Shown: positions 1 to 13,211, numbered from the whole stretch's first letter. The stretch is DNA of 63,963 bases, filler included, from Chiloscyllium plagiosum (GCF_004010195.1; 4 parts of one record of this genome joined end to end with filler, not necessarily neighbours in it); one strand, 5' to 3'. The notes: generated from the letters alone by a model not told the origin. Numbers and translations are program-made.

Positions 1-346
1 GCATGGATAGGATAAATAGACAAAGTCTTTTCCCTGGGGTCACGGAGTCCAGAACTAGAGGGGATAGGTTTAGGGTGAGAAGGGAAAGATATAAAAGAGA
101 CCTATGGGGCAACTTTTTCACGCAGAGGGTGGTACATGTATGGAATGAGCTGCCAGAGGATGTGGTGCAGATTGGTACAATTGCAACATTTAAGAGGCAT
201 TTGGTTGGGTATATGAATAGGAAGGGTTTGGAGGGATATGGGCCGGGTGCTGGCAGGTGGGACCAGATTGGGTTGGGATATCTGGTCGGCATGGACAAGT
301 TGGACCGAAGGGTCTGTTTCCATGCTGTACATCTCTATGACTCTAT
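1..346 (+). mobile_element. CR1-clade (HER1-like) LINE 3' end
   Basis: ORF2 C-terminus RTRG.RFRV...GNFFTQRVVHVWNELPE followed by a 3' UTR ending in a ctctatga-type tail. Confidence 0.85.
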
Positions 347-624
347 TGAATGAGTTGATATCTCTTCTCTCATATGTTGCTTTATGCTTTAAAATAACAT
401 GCACAACACACACATTTTTAAGCATAAAGCAACAAATGGAAAAAGCGACAAAAACTCATTCAATAGATGTATCACTCCATGTTTACTCTCACTTCAAGGC
501 TGCAAAGGAAATGACACCAGTCTTCCACTCAGCCAGTGTTTACTCTCATTTCTCCTAAAGACAATGATTCCTCACATTAAATATGGTTTCACAGTTGCCC
601 AAATGATGACACTTCATGCAATGA

Positions 625-1146
625 TCTGAAATCAATTCTGCAGCAGGGGAACCCTACCATCATACATCACTTAGTGAGGGTCACTGGCTAGTAGTAAGCA
701 GCAGGAAAAACCTTAACGAGAGAAAAAAGTTATTCAAGTGTGTTAGACGAGATTAACCTCCCTCGTACAGATCGGTACAAATGGGCATCTGTGAGGCCAT
801 TGCTGGGCTACAAGTCTCAGCTCGGAGGATTCTATTCAATGATTAAGTACAGACAAATTGTCACTGTACCTCTGTGACAAGAAATAGTGTTGAATTTGCA
901 CCAAGGTCAGATTTTCAGGGTAGTAACCATCTCCTGCAGACAGCAAGCCTGAAAGAAGCACCGTGGGAACCCACATTACTGGCTAGTGGAAATTGCATGG
1001 ACCAGTGTGTGGATAAGAGATAGTCTGTAATCAATTCTGCAGCAAGGGAACCCTACCTTCATACATCACTTAGTGAGGGTCACTGGCTAGTAGTAAGGAG
1101 CAGGAAAAACCTTAACGAGAGAAAAAGTAATTCAAGTGTGTTAGAC
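625..1146. repeat. Pair of ~123-bp direct repeats (625-748 and 1024-1146)
   Basis: aatcaattctgcagca...ttcaagtgtgttagac occurs twice with only a few differences. Confidence 0.85.
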
Positions 1147-1516
1147 TGTGTGCGCAAGTAGACATTGTTTTGATCTTTGAACAACAGAATCTCCTTGGCA
1201 GATTGAATCCAATTTCCACTTATGAAGCACCTTAAGTGGCCACTGGGAGACATATGGGTGCGACAGCAACTAGCATTTCAAAAAGCATCCTTAACCTAGC
1301 AAAATATACCATACCTACACTTAGCTTTTTTCCCTCACCCCACGAATTCACAGGAGCACAGTCAAAAATAAAGTGTCAGAGACTAACTTAAGGAGATATT
1401 AGGTCAAATGGACAATAGCTTGGTGAAACAGGTAAATTTTAAGCAGAGTCTTAGAAAAGCAGAGAGGTTTTTTTTAAGGGAATTCCAGAGTTAGGGCCCA
1501 TGTAGTTTAAGGCATA

Positions 1517-1745
1517 CAAAAATAGAAATTGCTGGAGAAACACAGAAGGTCTGGCAGCATCTATGGGAAAAAAGCAGAGTCAAACGTTTTGATCCAGTGA
1601 CCCTTTTCAAAACCCCACCTTCATGGTTCTGAAGGAGGGTAAGGGACTCAACATTAACTCTTCTCTCTCTCCAGAGATGCTTCTAGGCTTGCTGAGTTAC
1701 TCCAACAATATCTGCTTTTGTTTCAGATCTCCTGCAGTTTGATTT
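1517..1745. mobile_element. Penelope pLTR-derived fold-back element, family D (other copies about 3400-3620, 13643-13845, 46725-46825, 60475-60598, 63500-63590)
   Basis: Inverted arms gctggagaaac.cagca.gtctggcagcatc / gatgc...ctgagtt.ctcca.ca. The same sequence follows a Penelope C-terminus at 22673-23153. Confidence 0.7.
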
Positions 1746-4476
1746 TAGCTCAGTTAATGATACCTTAATGAAGAAGTGATAAAGATTGGTGGGGATGCGT
1801 TAGAGACTGGAATTGAAGTTCTAATGTTATGTTATTGAGGTTTTGGGGAAGGTGACAAAGAAAAGGATGGCAAGGCCGTGGAAGGAATTCCAAGCAAGGA
1901 TAAGAATTTGAAACTTCATGCTTTTGCTAGAGCAGGGCAGAAATGGCTCCTGACATGAAACCCCACCCCCTCTATTTAAACTCAGCAGTGAAGGGTCAGA
2001 AGTATGAAACTATCCTCCAAAACGCGGCTGGGCTCAATCACCCAATGATCCAACTACTGGAAATCCTTCCTCTGGAGCTGGCTTTGTGAGCTACATTTCA
2101 AAGCGCAAATTTTGAAACAAAGCAGGCATGGTGCTCTCCCCAGTGTGAACAGGTATTGATACAAGTTAAATCAGGATGCCATTAATAGGCTAAATGAATA
2201 CACGTTTGAGCTACGTTCATAGCATTTAATTCAGTATGCTTTTGTGCTGCTTGCCTTCATTAGAAATACAACACACATTCCTCAAGAGATTCTTCACTTC
2301 TCCTCAGTTGGGCAGTGCAGTAATATCTCCTTCATGGTGCATCTCATTTCACATTGTTTTTCCTGCTCCCTGAAAGTGGGCCTCATTCTATTGCCTAAGC
2401 TCAGTCAGGTCACTAGAAAGGCACACACACGCGCGACAACTTTCAAGTCTGCTAGCTTGTAACATCTGCCTGTCCTGTTGCAATACACAATTCTCCAACG
2501 TAGCTTAAATCACCCAGATTTTGCTGTCAAAGCAAACTACCCTTTTGCTCTAGAGATATGAAATGGATTTCTGATTGTGCGCCTGAGTAAGAAGGCAGCT
2601 CATTGGGGAGCTAAACCAGGCAGTAATCCCGGTCTGGTAGTGCGAGTCACCCGAGTAGGCAGTTGAGCAAACCGAAATTGACCTGACACTGTGTTGGAAG
2701 CAAGCCGAAAACTTTCAAATCAGATGAGTACTCACATTATACTGTTCGTAATCATACGTACTGGCTGCAGATTGAGCTGCCTGGGAGGTCAAACAGTTCA
2801 GCATTGTTCTCAACAACAAGCCCCTTTTCAAACAGAAGCTCTGTTGAAAGGCTCTCTGAATTATTGCTGCAGCAGAAATTAACTGATGCATTCAGAATCC
2901 AATAATTTCAGTGGTTTTCAGTGGCCCTGTCGCAACCTCACGGTAACCTGCAACAGCCCTTGTAGAGTTTACATGCGGCAACACAGTTTCGTAGGTGAGC
3001 CACAACATCAGTCCCAGGGGAACACAATGAACCAACTGCAAATTTACTCAGCAGTGGCAGACTTATGAAAAATCAAGAGAGAGTACCAGTCACAAGAAAT
3101 GGCACCAAAAATCCCAGACAAGGTAAATTATTCCTTTTTTTTAAATCCGTGGAAACTTTGGCAGGAAAGTTAGGACTGTGGTGACAGGGCTCAAGGCACT
3201 CGAGCTGGGAGTGCTGGCTATTCACGTCAAATGTCCCTCAAGATTCAAAGGTAATGGTGGGTGGGGGGAGGGGAGAGAGAGAGAGAAGAGAATAAGTTTC
3301 GGCCTGCTCCCACTGGTAGCCACAGGCCAACAATGTAACACCATCACTCCGCAGAAAAATATTTCCCAAATCCTAGCAGAAAGGAACAGGTCATAAGGTA
3401 TAAACACAAAGTGCTGCAGAAATCCAGCAGATCTAGCAGCATCTGTGCAAAAACAAAGTTAATGTTGAGTCCAATGGGGCTAATTTCATAAGTCATCCTC
3501 TGCAGAGGAGTTGCACTGGACTTGAAATATTAACTCTCTCTCAGGTCGCTCCCAGGCCTTCTGAGTTTCTCCAGCACTTTGTTTCGTTTCAGAATACCTG
3601 CACCCATAGTATTTTGCTTTTACTGAGGGCCAGAGGATACATCTCAAACAGAAATAATCTTGTCAATTTCACTGAGTTTCACTTATATTTATACCTTAAA
3701 ACCAAAGTATTGCAGATGCCAGGGATTTGAAATAAAAACAAGTGGAGAAGCTCAGCATATTTGACAGCAGAGAGAGGAATAAGCTTCTCCAACATGACAG
3801 AATCTCCTTCTGACATTTATCAGCATTGCCATCACTGAATTCCCCATAAATATCATCTTGGATGCTCCACACACGAGAACTGAACCAGTCAAATAAATAA
3901 TGCAAAAACAAGAGCAGGTCAGAGGCTTGGACTTCTGACAGGAAACCAATTCCTGATTTCCCCAAAGCCTGTCCATCATCTACAAACTCGAGTCAGGAGA
4001 ATGATGGAACACTTCTCAATTACCTGATGAATGCATATTCAACAACACTCAAGGAGCTCAACACCGTCCAGGACTGAGCAGTGCACGACATTAGCATCCC
4101 ATTCATCACTGATGTCACATCTACAAGATACACTGTAGCCGACTGTCAAAGCTTCTTTGACAGCAATTTCTAAACCCACGGCCTTCACAAGCTAGAAGAA
4201 TAAGTGCACGAAAAGCATGAGAATACTACCACCTTCAACTATTCGCCACTATTCGTTCGTGGAACTATATTGCCTTTCCTTCATTATTGTTTTGTCCTGG
4301 TGGTGGTGAACTGCCTTCTTGAAATTGCTACAGTTTCTTGGGGCGCAGAGATGCCACTAGACCAATTTGGAAGAGGGTTCCAGGATTTTGATTTAGCTAC
4401 ATCACATGGAGTGGAACAAATAAAGAACAAAGAATATAGGAACAGGCACTTCATCCCATCAAACCTGCGCAGACAC

Positions 4477-5476
4477 TTAGAGATGTACAGCATGAAAACA
4501 GACCCTTTGGTCCAACCAGTCCATGCCGACCAGATATCCCAACCCAATCTAGAACCACCTGCCAGCACCCGGCCCATATCCCTCCAAACCCTTCCTATTC
4601 ATATACCCATCCAAATGCCTCTTAAATGTTGCAATTGGACCAGCCTCCACCACTTTCTCTGGCAGCTCATTCCATACACTTACCACCCTCTGCGTGAAAA
4701 TGTTGCCCCTTAAGTCTCTTTTATATCTTTCCCCTCTCACCCTAAACCTATGCCCTCTAGTTCTGGACTCCGTGACCCCAGGGAAAAGACTTTGCCTATT
4801 TACCCTATCCATGCCCCTCAATTTTGTAAACCTCTACAAGGTCACCCCTCAGCCTCCGATGCTCCAGGGAAAAAAGCCTCTCCCTGTAGCTCAAATCCTC
4901 CAACCCTGGTAACATTCTTGTAAATCTTTTCTGAACCCTTTCAAGTTTCACAACATCTTTCCGATAGGGAGGAGACCAGAATTGCACGCAATATTCCAAC
5001 AGTGGCCAAACCAATGTCCTGTACAGCCACAACATGACCTCCAAACTCCTGTACTCAATACTCTGACCAATAAAAGAAAGCATACCAAACGCCTTCTTCA
5101 CTATCCTACCTACCTGTGACTCCACTTTCAAGGAGCTATGAACCTGCACTCCAAGGTCTCTTTGTTCAGCAACACTCCCTAGGGCCTTACCATTAAGTGT
5201 ATAAGTCCTGCTAAGATTTGCTTTCCCAAAATGCAGCACCTCACATTTATCTGAATTAAACTCAATTTGCCACTTCTCAGCCCATTGGCCCATCTGGTCC
5301 AGATCCTGTTGTAACTCTTCGCTGTCCACTACGCCTCCAATTTTGGAGTCATCTGCAAACTTACTAAGTGTACCTCTTATGCTCGCATCCAAATCATTTA
5401 TGTAAATGACAAAAAGTAGAGGACCCAGCACTGATCCTTGTAGCACTCCACTGGTCACAGGCCTCCAGTCTAAAAA
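4477..5476 (-). mobile_element. 5'-truncated CR1 LINE (RT C-terminal part plus 3' UTR)
   Basis: GVLQGSVLGPLLFVIYINDL, SKFADD, LEYCVQFWSP, frameshifted into FTQRVVSVWNELP. Confidence 0.92.
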
Positions 5477-5524
5477 CCTTTTGCCTCTATGCAGTTCATA
5501 TCTTTCTATTCCCTGCTTACTCAT

Positions 5525-5647
5525 TTAAAAATCACACAACACCAGGTGAAGGAACGTCGCTCCGAAAGCTAGTGTGCTTCCAATTAAACCTGTTGGACTA
5601 TAACCTGGTGTTGTGCGATTTTTAACTTTGTACACCCCAGTCCAACA
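5525..5647. mobile_element. Penelope-type pLTR fragment, family C, with inverted 5' piece (other copies 6027-6135, ~41790-41915, ~61287-61410)
   Basis: ttaaaaatcacacaacaccagg is inverted against cctggtgttgtgcgatttttaa. Flanked by cctgcttaYtcat at 5512-5524 and 5648-5660. Confidence 0.65.
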
Positions 5648-5659
5648 CCTGCTTATTCA

Positions 5660-6565
5660 TGTATATGTTATAAGTTGCCTTGTAAAGGGTGCTATTCTAT
5701 CTCCTTTTATAACCTCCTCCAGCAATGCATTACAGGAACTTACCACTGCTGTGTAAACAACATGCCCCTCTCATCTCCTTTAAACGTCCCCCATTTACCT
5801 TAAACTCATGATCCCAAGTAATTGACATTTCTACCCCGGGAAAAAGACTGACTATGCATGCTATTCAATTTTGTAAACTTCTATTTGGCTGCCCCTCACC
5901 CTTCAATCTTCAAGTGAAAACAAACCAAGTTGTCCTCTCTCTGCTCAGGGCAAACACCCTCTAAACCAGGCAACATCCTGGTAACCTTTTCTGTACCTTC
6001 TCCAACACCTTTAAACCCCTTTCTGTCACCTGATGAAGGAGCGTCGCTCCGAATGCTAGTTTGCTTCCAATTTAACCTGGTGTTGTGTGATTTTTAACTT
6101 TGTACACACCAGTCCAACACTGGCATCTCCAAATCAAACCCCCTTCTTGTAGTGTCGTCACCAGAACTGTATGCAATATTCAAAATGAAGCCTTATCAAA
6201 GTGCTATGCAGCTACAACATGCCTTATCAATTTTTATACTCAATGCCCTGACCAATGAAGGCAAGCATACCATAAGCCGTCTTGACCGACTTGTGATGCC
6301 ACTTTCAGGGAACTGTGGATACATATGCCTAGATCCCTCTATATGCTAATATTTCTAAGGTTCTGCCATTTACTATACATTTCCCTCCTGTATTAGACCT
6401 TCCAAAAATGCAACACCTCGCATTTGTCCAGATTAAATGCCATCTGCCATTTCTCCATCCAAGTCTCCAGCGCATCTGTATTCTGCTGTATTCCCTGGTG
6501 ATTCTCTTCTCTATGCACAGCTCCCCAACCTTTCTGTCAACCTCAAACTAGCTCATTAGGCCACG
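5660..6565 (-). mobile_element. Old CR1 LINE fragment, continuing at 7402-7512 past a Penelope insertion
   Basis: Degenerate similarity to the 4477-5476 copy. 7413-7512 encodes VLQGSVLGPMLFVTYINDL. Confidence 0.7.
6027..6061 (+). ncRNA. Minimal hammerhead ribozyme motif, family C (one core mutation)
   Basis: cac-CUGAUGA-a-ggagc-guc-gcucc-GAAu-GC-UA-guu. The sister copy near 5550-5575 retains GAAAGCUA-gug. Confidence 0.6.
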
Positions 6566-6576
6566 TATATTCTCCT

Positions 6577-7401
6577 AGGAGAAAGTGAGGACTGCAGATG
6601 CTGGAGATCAGCTGGATTCTCCACCGCATCTCCTCCACTTCCTGCTCCTCCGCCCTTGAGCCCCGCCCCTCCAATCACCACCAGGACAGAACCCCACTGG
6701 TCCTCACCTACCACCCCACCAACCTCCATAAACATCGTATCATCCGTCATCATTTNNNNNNNNNNNNNNNNNNNNNNNNNNNNNNNNNNNNNNNNNNNNN
6801 NNNNNNNNNNNNNNNNNNNNNNNNNNNNNNNNNNNNNNNNNNNNNNNNNNNNNNNNNNNNNNNNNNNNNNNNNNNNNNNNNNNNNNNNNNNNNNNNNNNN
6901 NNNNNNNNNNNNNNNNNNNNNNNNNNNNNNNNNNNNNNNNNNNNNNNNNNNNNNNNNNNNNNNNNNNNNNNNNNNNNNNNNNNNNNNNNNNNNNNNNNNN
7001 NNNNNNNNNNNNNNNNNNNNNNNNNNNNNNNNNNNNNNNNNNNNNNNNNNNNNNNNNNNNNNNNNNGAATGCAGATTTCTCCAGCTTCCTCATTTCCCCT
7101 CCCCCCACCTTATCTCAGTCCCAACCCTCGGACTCAGCACTGCCTTCTTGACCTGCAATCTTCTTCCCGACCTCTCCGCCCGCACCCCCCCTCCGGCCTA
7201 TCACTATCACCTTAACCTCCTTCCACCTATCGCATTTCCAACGCCCCTCCCCCAAGTCCCTCCTCCCTACCTTTTAATCTTAGCCTGCTTGGCACACCTT
7301 CCTCATTCCTGAAGAAGGGCTTATGCCCGAAACATCGATTCTCTTGCTCCTTGGATGCTGCCTGACCTGCTGCGCTTTTCCAGCAACACATTTTCAGCAC
7401 C
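6577..7401 (+). mobile_element. 5'-truncated Penelope-like element with inverted 5' pLTR fragment and family A 3' pLTR; spans gap 6756-7066
   Basis: DRTPLVLTYHPTNL is a PLE post-RT motif. 6581-6610 is the reverse complement of the pLTR end. TSD tatattctcct at 6566-6576 and 7402-7412. Confidence 0.8.
7305..7340 (+). ncRNA. Minimal hammerhead ribozyme motif, family A
   Basis: uuc-CUGAAGA-a-gggc-uuau-gccc-GAAA-CA-UC-ga. Confidence 0.7.
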
Positions 7402-8052
7402 TATATTCTCCTCCAAATCATTTATATATGTTACAAACAACATGGGTCCCAGCACTGATCCCTGCAGAACATAACTGGTCATCAATCTCCAGTCAGAAAG
7501 ACACCCTTCCACTATTTTCCAGTTCTTTGCCTCACCTGTGGCTAAAGAACATAGAGATTTTGTACAAAGGCCCAGTAATTTCCTCCCTCACAGTTGAGGC
7601 AAATAATGATGATTTGCTGCTTTCATCTTTCCTAATGCTCAAGGTCTCGGAACTGAATGGATCTGCCCCAGTAAGACTGCTGCATGGTTCCAATGCATCT
7701 TATGGACAATACCAACGATAGCCATGGTGCATCAATGGAGAGGAGTGTAGAATCTGGTGACATAGCAAATGGTTAAGTAGATTGCTTTACTTTAGCAAAT
7801 GCTGAACATTTCAAGTATTGCTGAAACTGCACCCATTCTTGCTAGTTTTGAGAATTCCATTGTATTCTGACAGACTTGTGCATGATAGAAAGGCTGTTTG
7901 GGGGCGGGGGGCGGGGGGAGGCAAAGAGATGAATTGGTTCTCATAGAACGCAGAATCCCCAGCCTTTTGTTTGTTCTTGTAAATATGGTGTTGATAATAG
8001 GCTGCTCCAGTTACATTTCTGCATATGGTGACCCTCCCCTGTAACTCATTAT

Positions 8053-8125
8053 GCTGGCTGGTTCAGGCAGTAGAGCACGAGACTCTTAGTCTCATGGTTG
8101 TAGTTCTGCACCCCCACGTTGGATG
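8053..8125 (+). pseudogene. tRNA-Lys(CTT)-derived pseudogene or SINE head
   Basis: gctggctggttcaggcagtagagcacgagactCTTagtctcatggttgtagttctgcacccccacgttggatg aligns end to end with remembered vertebrate tRNA-Lys-CTT. The anticodon arm is retained; the T-arm/B box is decayed. Confidence 0.75.
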
Positions 8126-8152
8126 TAGTCGTTTTAAAATTCCACCCAGAAA

Positions 8153-8453
8153 CGGCACAGTGGCTCAGTGGTTAGCACTGCTACCTCACAGCACCAGTGT
8201 CCCAGGTTCAATTCCAGCCTCTGGCAACTGTGTGGAGTTTGCACATTCTCCATGTCTGCATGGGTTTCCTCCGGGTGCTCCGGTTTCCACCCACAGTCCA
8301 AAGGTGAAGGTCAGGTGAATTGGCCATGCTAAATTGCCCGTAGTGTTAGGTGCATTAGTCAGAGGGAAATGGGTCTAGGTGGGTTACTCTTCGAAGGGTC
8401 GGTGTGGACTTGTTGGGCCAAATGGCCTATTTCCACACTGTAGGGAATCTAAT
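8153..8453 (+). mobile_element. HE1-like tRNA-derived V-SINE
   Basis: A box tggctcagtgg, B box ggttcaattcc, V-domain gtgtggagtttgcacattctcc, CR1-like 3' tail. Confidence 0.85.
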
Positions 8454-8469
8454 CAGAAAGGCAAGGCCA

Positions 8470-8705
8470 GTAGATAAATAGGAACACCAGCATTTGCAAA
8501 TTCCCCTCCATGCTACATATCCTGACATGGTACTATATCATTGCCCCTTCACTGTCACTGGGACAAAATCCTGGAACTTTCTCCTTAACCACATGGACTG
8601 CAGCTGTTCAAGAAGGCAATTCATAACCACCTTCAAGGGCAACTAGAAATGGGCAATAAATGCTGGCCCAGACAATGATGCACACATTCCATGAATGAGT
8701 TAAGA
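8470..8705 (+). mobile_element. 3' end of an older LINE family, CR1/L2 group (copies ~23560-24020 +, ~34575-35110 -, ~53435-53830 -, ~61640-61770 -)
   Basis: Shared tail gggcaataaatgctggcc...catgaatgaa. The 34797-35075 copy encodes IYKIHVRSVMEYSPLA. Confidence 0.6.
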
Positions 8706-8984
8706 AAAAATCTTACCACACTAAGTCCAGAGATTTAGCCTCAATTTCTTATAGTATTAACCACGTTAATTTTGTGTTTTTGCAAACGTTAGTTTTGCAA
8801 TAAAAACAAATCAAAACACTTTGATGTTCACCTTTTTGAATTTCTTCAAAATTGTGTAAAAACATTTTTATTATCTTTAGTTTTGGACTGTGGACCAAAA
8901 AAAAGAAACCTTGCTTCAAACCAAGAAGGCTGTGTAAAGATATATTTGTAGGTTTAAAAATCTCATTTACTGGACATTGGAAAC

Positions 8985-9193
8985 AGCATAGAGGTAAAGT
9001 TGTCATAGTCCCACAAGACCATAGGGCTGATCTCTCATTACAGAGAGACAATTGGTAATGATTTAACCTAAGGATTACCACAGTTCAGGAGAGGGGAGAG
9101 GTTGAAAAGGAGAGTCCTTCATGGTAACACACGTCATTAACTTCACACTGCATCACAAACCAGCTGTCCAGCCAACTGATCTAACTGACGCCC
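8985..9193 (-). mobile_element. Second tRNA-derived SINE family (copies ~35330-35420 and ~36935-37160)
   Basis: Minus-strand head ttag(a/c)tcagttgg(c/t)tgga is A-box-like, and the body recurs in the window. Confidence 0.55.
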
Positions 9194-9441
9194 AAGAAGC
9201 TGTACATTCAATGCTGCACATGCTTAGAAAAATGTGAGGGAAGTCAGACAGAACAGAGCTGGTGAATTTCTGAATGAAGAGACAGCTGCCTGACGATATT
9301 TTGATTAATTCCTAGAAAGGTGACCATAGCCTGCATGCGATCAATAAAACAGAAGCTTCTAACCTTCAAAGAGAAAACACCTACATCTATTTCTCACCCT
9401 TCTGTGTACAGAAGTAACAGAAAATCGCCTCATTGTTGTTC

Positions 9442-10612
9442 TAGAACATAGACATAGAACATAGAACAATACAGTACAGAACAGGCCCTTCGGCCCACAA
9501 TGTTGTGCCGAACATTTGTCCTAGCTTAAGCACCCATCCATGTACCTATCCAATTGCCGCTTAAAGGTCACCAAAGATTCTGACTCTACCACTCCCACAG
9601 GCAGCGCATTCCATGCCCCACCACTCTCTGGGTAAAGAACCCACCCCTGACATCTCCCCTATACCTTCCACCCTTCACCTTAAATTTATGTCCACTTGTA
9701 ACACTCTGTTGTACCCGGNNNNNNNNNNNNNNNNNNNNNNNNNNNNNNNNNNNNNNNNNNNNNNNNNNNNNNNNNNNNNNNNNNNNNNNNNNNNNNNNNN
9801 NNNNNNNNNNNNNNNNNNNNNNNNNNNNNNNNNNNNNNNNNNNNNNNNNNNNNNNNNNNNNNNNNNNNNNNNNNNNNNNNNNNNNNNNNNNNNNNNNNNN
9901 NNNNNNNNNNNNNNNNNNNNNNNNNNNNNNNNNNNNNNNNNNNNNNNNNNNNNNNNNNNNNNNNNNNNNNNNNNNNNNNNNNNNNNNNNNNNNNNNNNNN
10001 NNNNNNNNNNNNNNNNNNNNNNNNNNNNNNNNNNNNNNNNNNNNNNNNNNNNNNNNNNNNNNNNNNNNNNNNNNNNNNNNNNNNNNNNNNNNNNNNNNNN
10101 NNNNNNNNNNNNNNNNNNNNNNNNNNNNNNNNNNNNNNNNNNNNNNNNNNNNNNNNNNNNNNNNNNNNNNNNNNNNNNNNNNNNNNNNNNNNNNNNNNNN
10201 NNNNNNNNNNNNNNNNNNNNNNNNNNNNNNNNNNNNNNNNNNNNNNNNNNNNNNNNNNNNNNNNNNNNNNNNNNNNNNNNNNNNNNNNNNNNNNNNNNNN
10301 NNNNNNNNNNNNNNNNNNNNNNNNNNNNNNNNNNNNGAACCTTACCAAATGCCTTACTAAAATCCGTGTACACTACATCCACTGCTCTACCCTCATCCAC
10401 ATGCTTGGTCACCTCCTCGAAGAATTCAATAAGACTTGTAAGGCAAGACCTACCCTTCACAAATCCGTGCTGGCTGTCCCTAATCAAGCAGTGTCTTTCC
10501 AGATACTCATAAATCCTATCCCTCAGTACCCTTTCCATTACTTTGCCTACCACCGAAGTAAGACTAACTGGCCTGTAATTCCCGGGGTTATCCCTATTCC
10601 CTTTTTTGAACA
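9442..10612 (-). mobile_element. CR1 LINE with (ttctatg)n tail; spans gap 9719-10336
   Basis: NPGNYRPVSLTSVVGK, SQHGFVKGRSCLT, DFSKAF. Confidence 0.88.
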
Positions 10613-11449
10613 TTTCACTCACCATTTCCTTGTAAACTGTCCTCCAAGCAAATTTCCTTGTTGAAACGAAAAAGGGGACTACACCTTCACTCAGTTAATC
10701 AAAAACTGAGAACGGATATATCCACAACCTTGTATCATTGAAAAAGAACATGAAAGCTTTGAAACGAACAACCCAGATTGAATGTGATCCGGATTGGTGC
10801 CAGAACTGCATGGACTTCTTTTTTCTTCCCTTTCTCGACCATAATATGTGTTCGTCTCTTTGTGTGCATTGAATGAGATTAAGTTATAAATTAGCAACTC
10901 TGGTTTCTTCCTTTCCAATTAAAAATGTGATTGCAATAAAGAGCTATTTTCTTGTTAAAGGAAAACCTGTGTGCGTGTTCTTTTAAACTGAATTAGACAG
11001 TAAGGTAGAATTTGGCAGGTCTACGGTTTAATCAAATTTAGCAGGAACTAGTTTCCAGTACACCACCCCAATGAGTCGTGACAATTGTCAAGATCTCTAT
11101 CACTTCATCTCTAAATCTTCTCCACAGAAAGGAAGAAACTGAAGCTCGATAATTCCAGCATCATAATGAAAACAAATTTAGACATTCTCCAGTACTTCTC
11201 CATCAATTTGTAATATGTACATGAGAAGAGTGACAGCACTCCAAATGGAGCCCAGCTGTAATTCTGCACGGTTTTAATATAACTTTGATGATCTGAAGCT
11301 TGATGCACACCCTAAAATGTGCGACAAAATCTAGGCTGAGACTTCGGTGCAGTAATGAGTAGTGGATATTTGTTGAACAATAAATAACGGGTGGGGCTAC
11401 TTGCACATATTGAAATCAAATCAAATCATTCCATCTTTTAAAGGGGCTA

Positions 11450-11523
11450 GATGGAACCTTGGTTTAACGTCTTTCCCAAAAATGGCACCTCCAACTACAC
11501 AGCACTCCCTGCGTACTGGTACT
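11450..11523 (-). mobile_element. DeuSINE-like (AmnSINE1/SacSINE1 core) remnant; second remnant ~16270-16445
   Basis: Minus strand cagtacgcagggagtgctgtgtagttggaggtgccatttttgggaaagacgttaaaccaagg resembles the Deu-domain as I recall it. Confidence 0.5.
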
Positions 11524-12856
11524 ATGTGCCAGCCTTAACAGTGAGCTCCAAACCAGCACTTAGTTTAAATAATGGCTATGTTGCAGATTTATGTCCTTTC
11601 TTTGTAAACAAGAAACTGCTCAAATGTTTCCCTCCCTCCCTGGGGAGACTGATATAGCGTCAGCTTTTGTGTTCATAAAACAGCAAACAGATTACTAACA
11701 CCTGAATGAGAACCTAATCACAGTACATTAGCACTTTAACACATCACCCAAAATTGAGGAGGGGGAGAAATTGTGCATTAGCAAATATAGATTTGCTAGA
11801 AACAATATCATCTGCAACCAAAGGTTCCAAGTAACGAACAGCATTTGGGAACTTGCCACTTCCTCTTCCAGAAATGAGAATCTGTCATTGTCAAGCTTTT
11901 GGAAAGAAAGTTCAAAGTAAATTTCAAAACTATAATACAAATTACATTTCTTTATTACGAAGAGAGATGCCGAATTGAAGACAGCGTTAGTAATTCACAA
12001 AGAATTCCAGTATTACTTTAAAAAAATTAATTCTAAACAACAGAATGATATTGAACAGTTATTTGCAGCAGCAAAACAAACAGCCACTGAATGTGTGAAC
12101 ATATGAGAGTATGGTGCACATCAAATTTGTGCAAGCATTGATTTGTTTTGTAAATGTAACTGGGGTTGCTACACTGGTACTTAAATCCAAAACTAACAGC
12201 AACAAATCATATTTATATAGCACCTTCAATGCAATGAAATGTCCCAAGCCACTTCATCTAAGTATTATAAATCTAAGTTTAACAACAAGCCACGTAAAGG
12301 AGATATTGGGCCAGTCAGAGGTTATGTTAAAGGAATGTCTTAAAGAAACAAGGTGGGTAAGAAAGGCAGAAAAGTTTTAGCTAATTCCATTGGGGCCCAA
12401 GTATTTGAAGATGTGGCCACCAATCTGGAGGCAGTTCTAACTGACAGCATAAAGGGAGCCAGAAGTAGAACAGCACATACTTTAGAGTGTGTTGGGTCTG
12501 GTCAAATGCATCACAGGGAGAGCCAAGGCAATGGAAGGATTTGAGAACAAGGATAAGCATTTTAAGACAATTCCTACTGACTTGTGTACCAAGACTCTCA
12601 GACTTGAGCTATACTATCTTTCATGCAGTAAAAGTGGAGGACAGCTAGAAACTAGAATAAGGAACAAATATTGCATGACTGGGTAACATTAAAGTAAATC
12701 CAAAAGTCTTTTATAATCAACAACTTGGATTCATATAGCGCCTTTAAAACAAAGAAATATTCTAGGCAGATGAGAAAAGCCATGAGAAAACAATATCCAA
12801 CACACAGCCACAGAGATATTATGGCAGATGACCAAAAACTTGTTCAAAGGGATATA

Positions 12857-13172
12857 TGATTAGATTAGATTAGATTAGATTACAGTGTGGAAACAGGCCC
12901 TTCGGCCCAACAAGTCCACACCGACCTGCCGAAGCGAAACCCACCCATACCCCTACATTTACCCTTACCTAACACTACAGGCAATTTAGTATGGCCAAAT
13001 CACCTGACCCTGCACATCTTTGGATGGTGGGAGGAAACCGGAGCACCCGGAGGAAACCCACGCAGACACGGGGAGAACGTGCAAACTCCACACAGTCAGT
13101 CGCCTGAGGCGAGAATTGAACCCGGGTCTCTGGCGCTGTGAGGCAGCAGTACTAACCACTGTGCCACCGTGC
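12857..13172 (-). mobile_element. HE1-like SINE, near full length, (tctaa)n tail
   Basis: A/B boxes, V-domain, ttaga repeats at 12858-12881. Confidence 0.88.
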
Positions 13173-13211
13173 CTCCCACTAGGAAGCTGACTGATAATGG
13201 TGGAGCAATTT

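Noticed and set aside
9613..10512. Long ORFs filled with X (also near 6.6-7.3, 43.3-44.4 and 62.7-63.4 kb)
   Set aside because: Their length comes from read-through across assembly gaps.
11270..11320. Candidate next PDIA5 exon (minus strand ttttag|GGTGT...)
   Set aside because: It gives (W)CASSFRSSKLY* rather than WCPHC and hits a stop.
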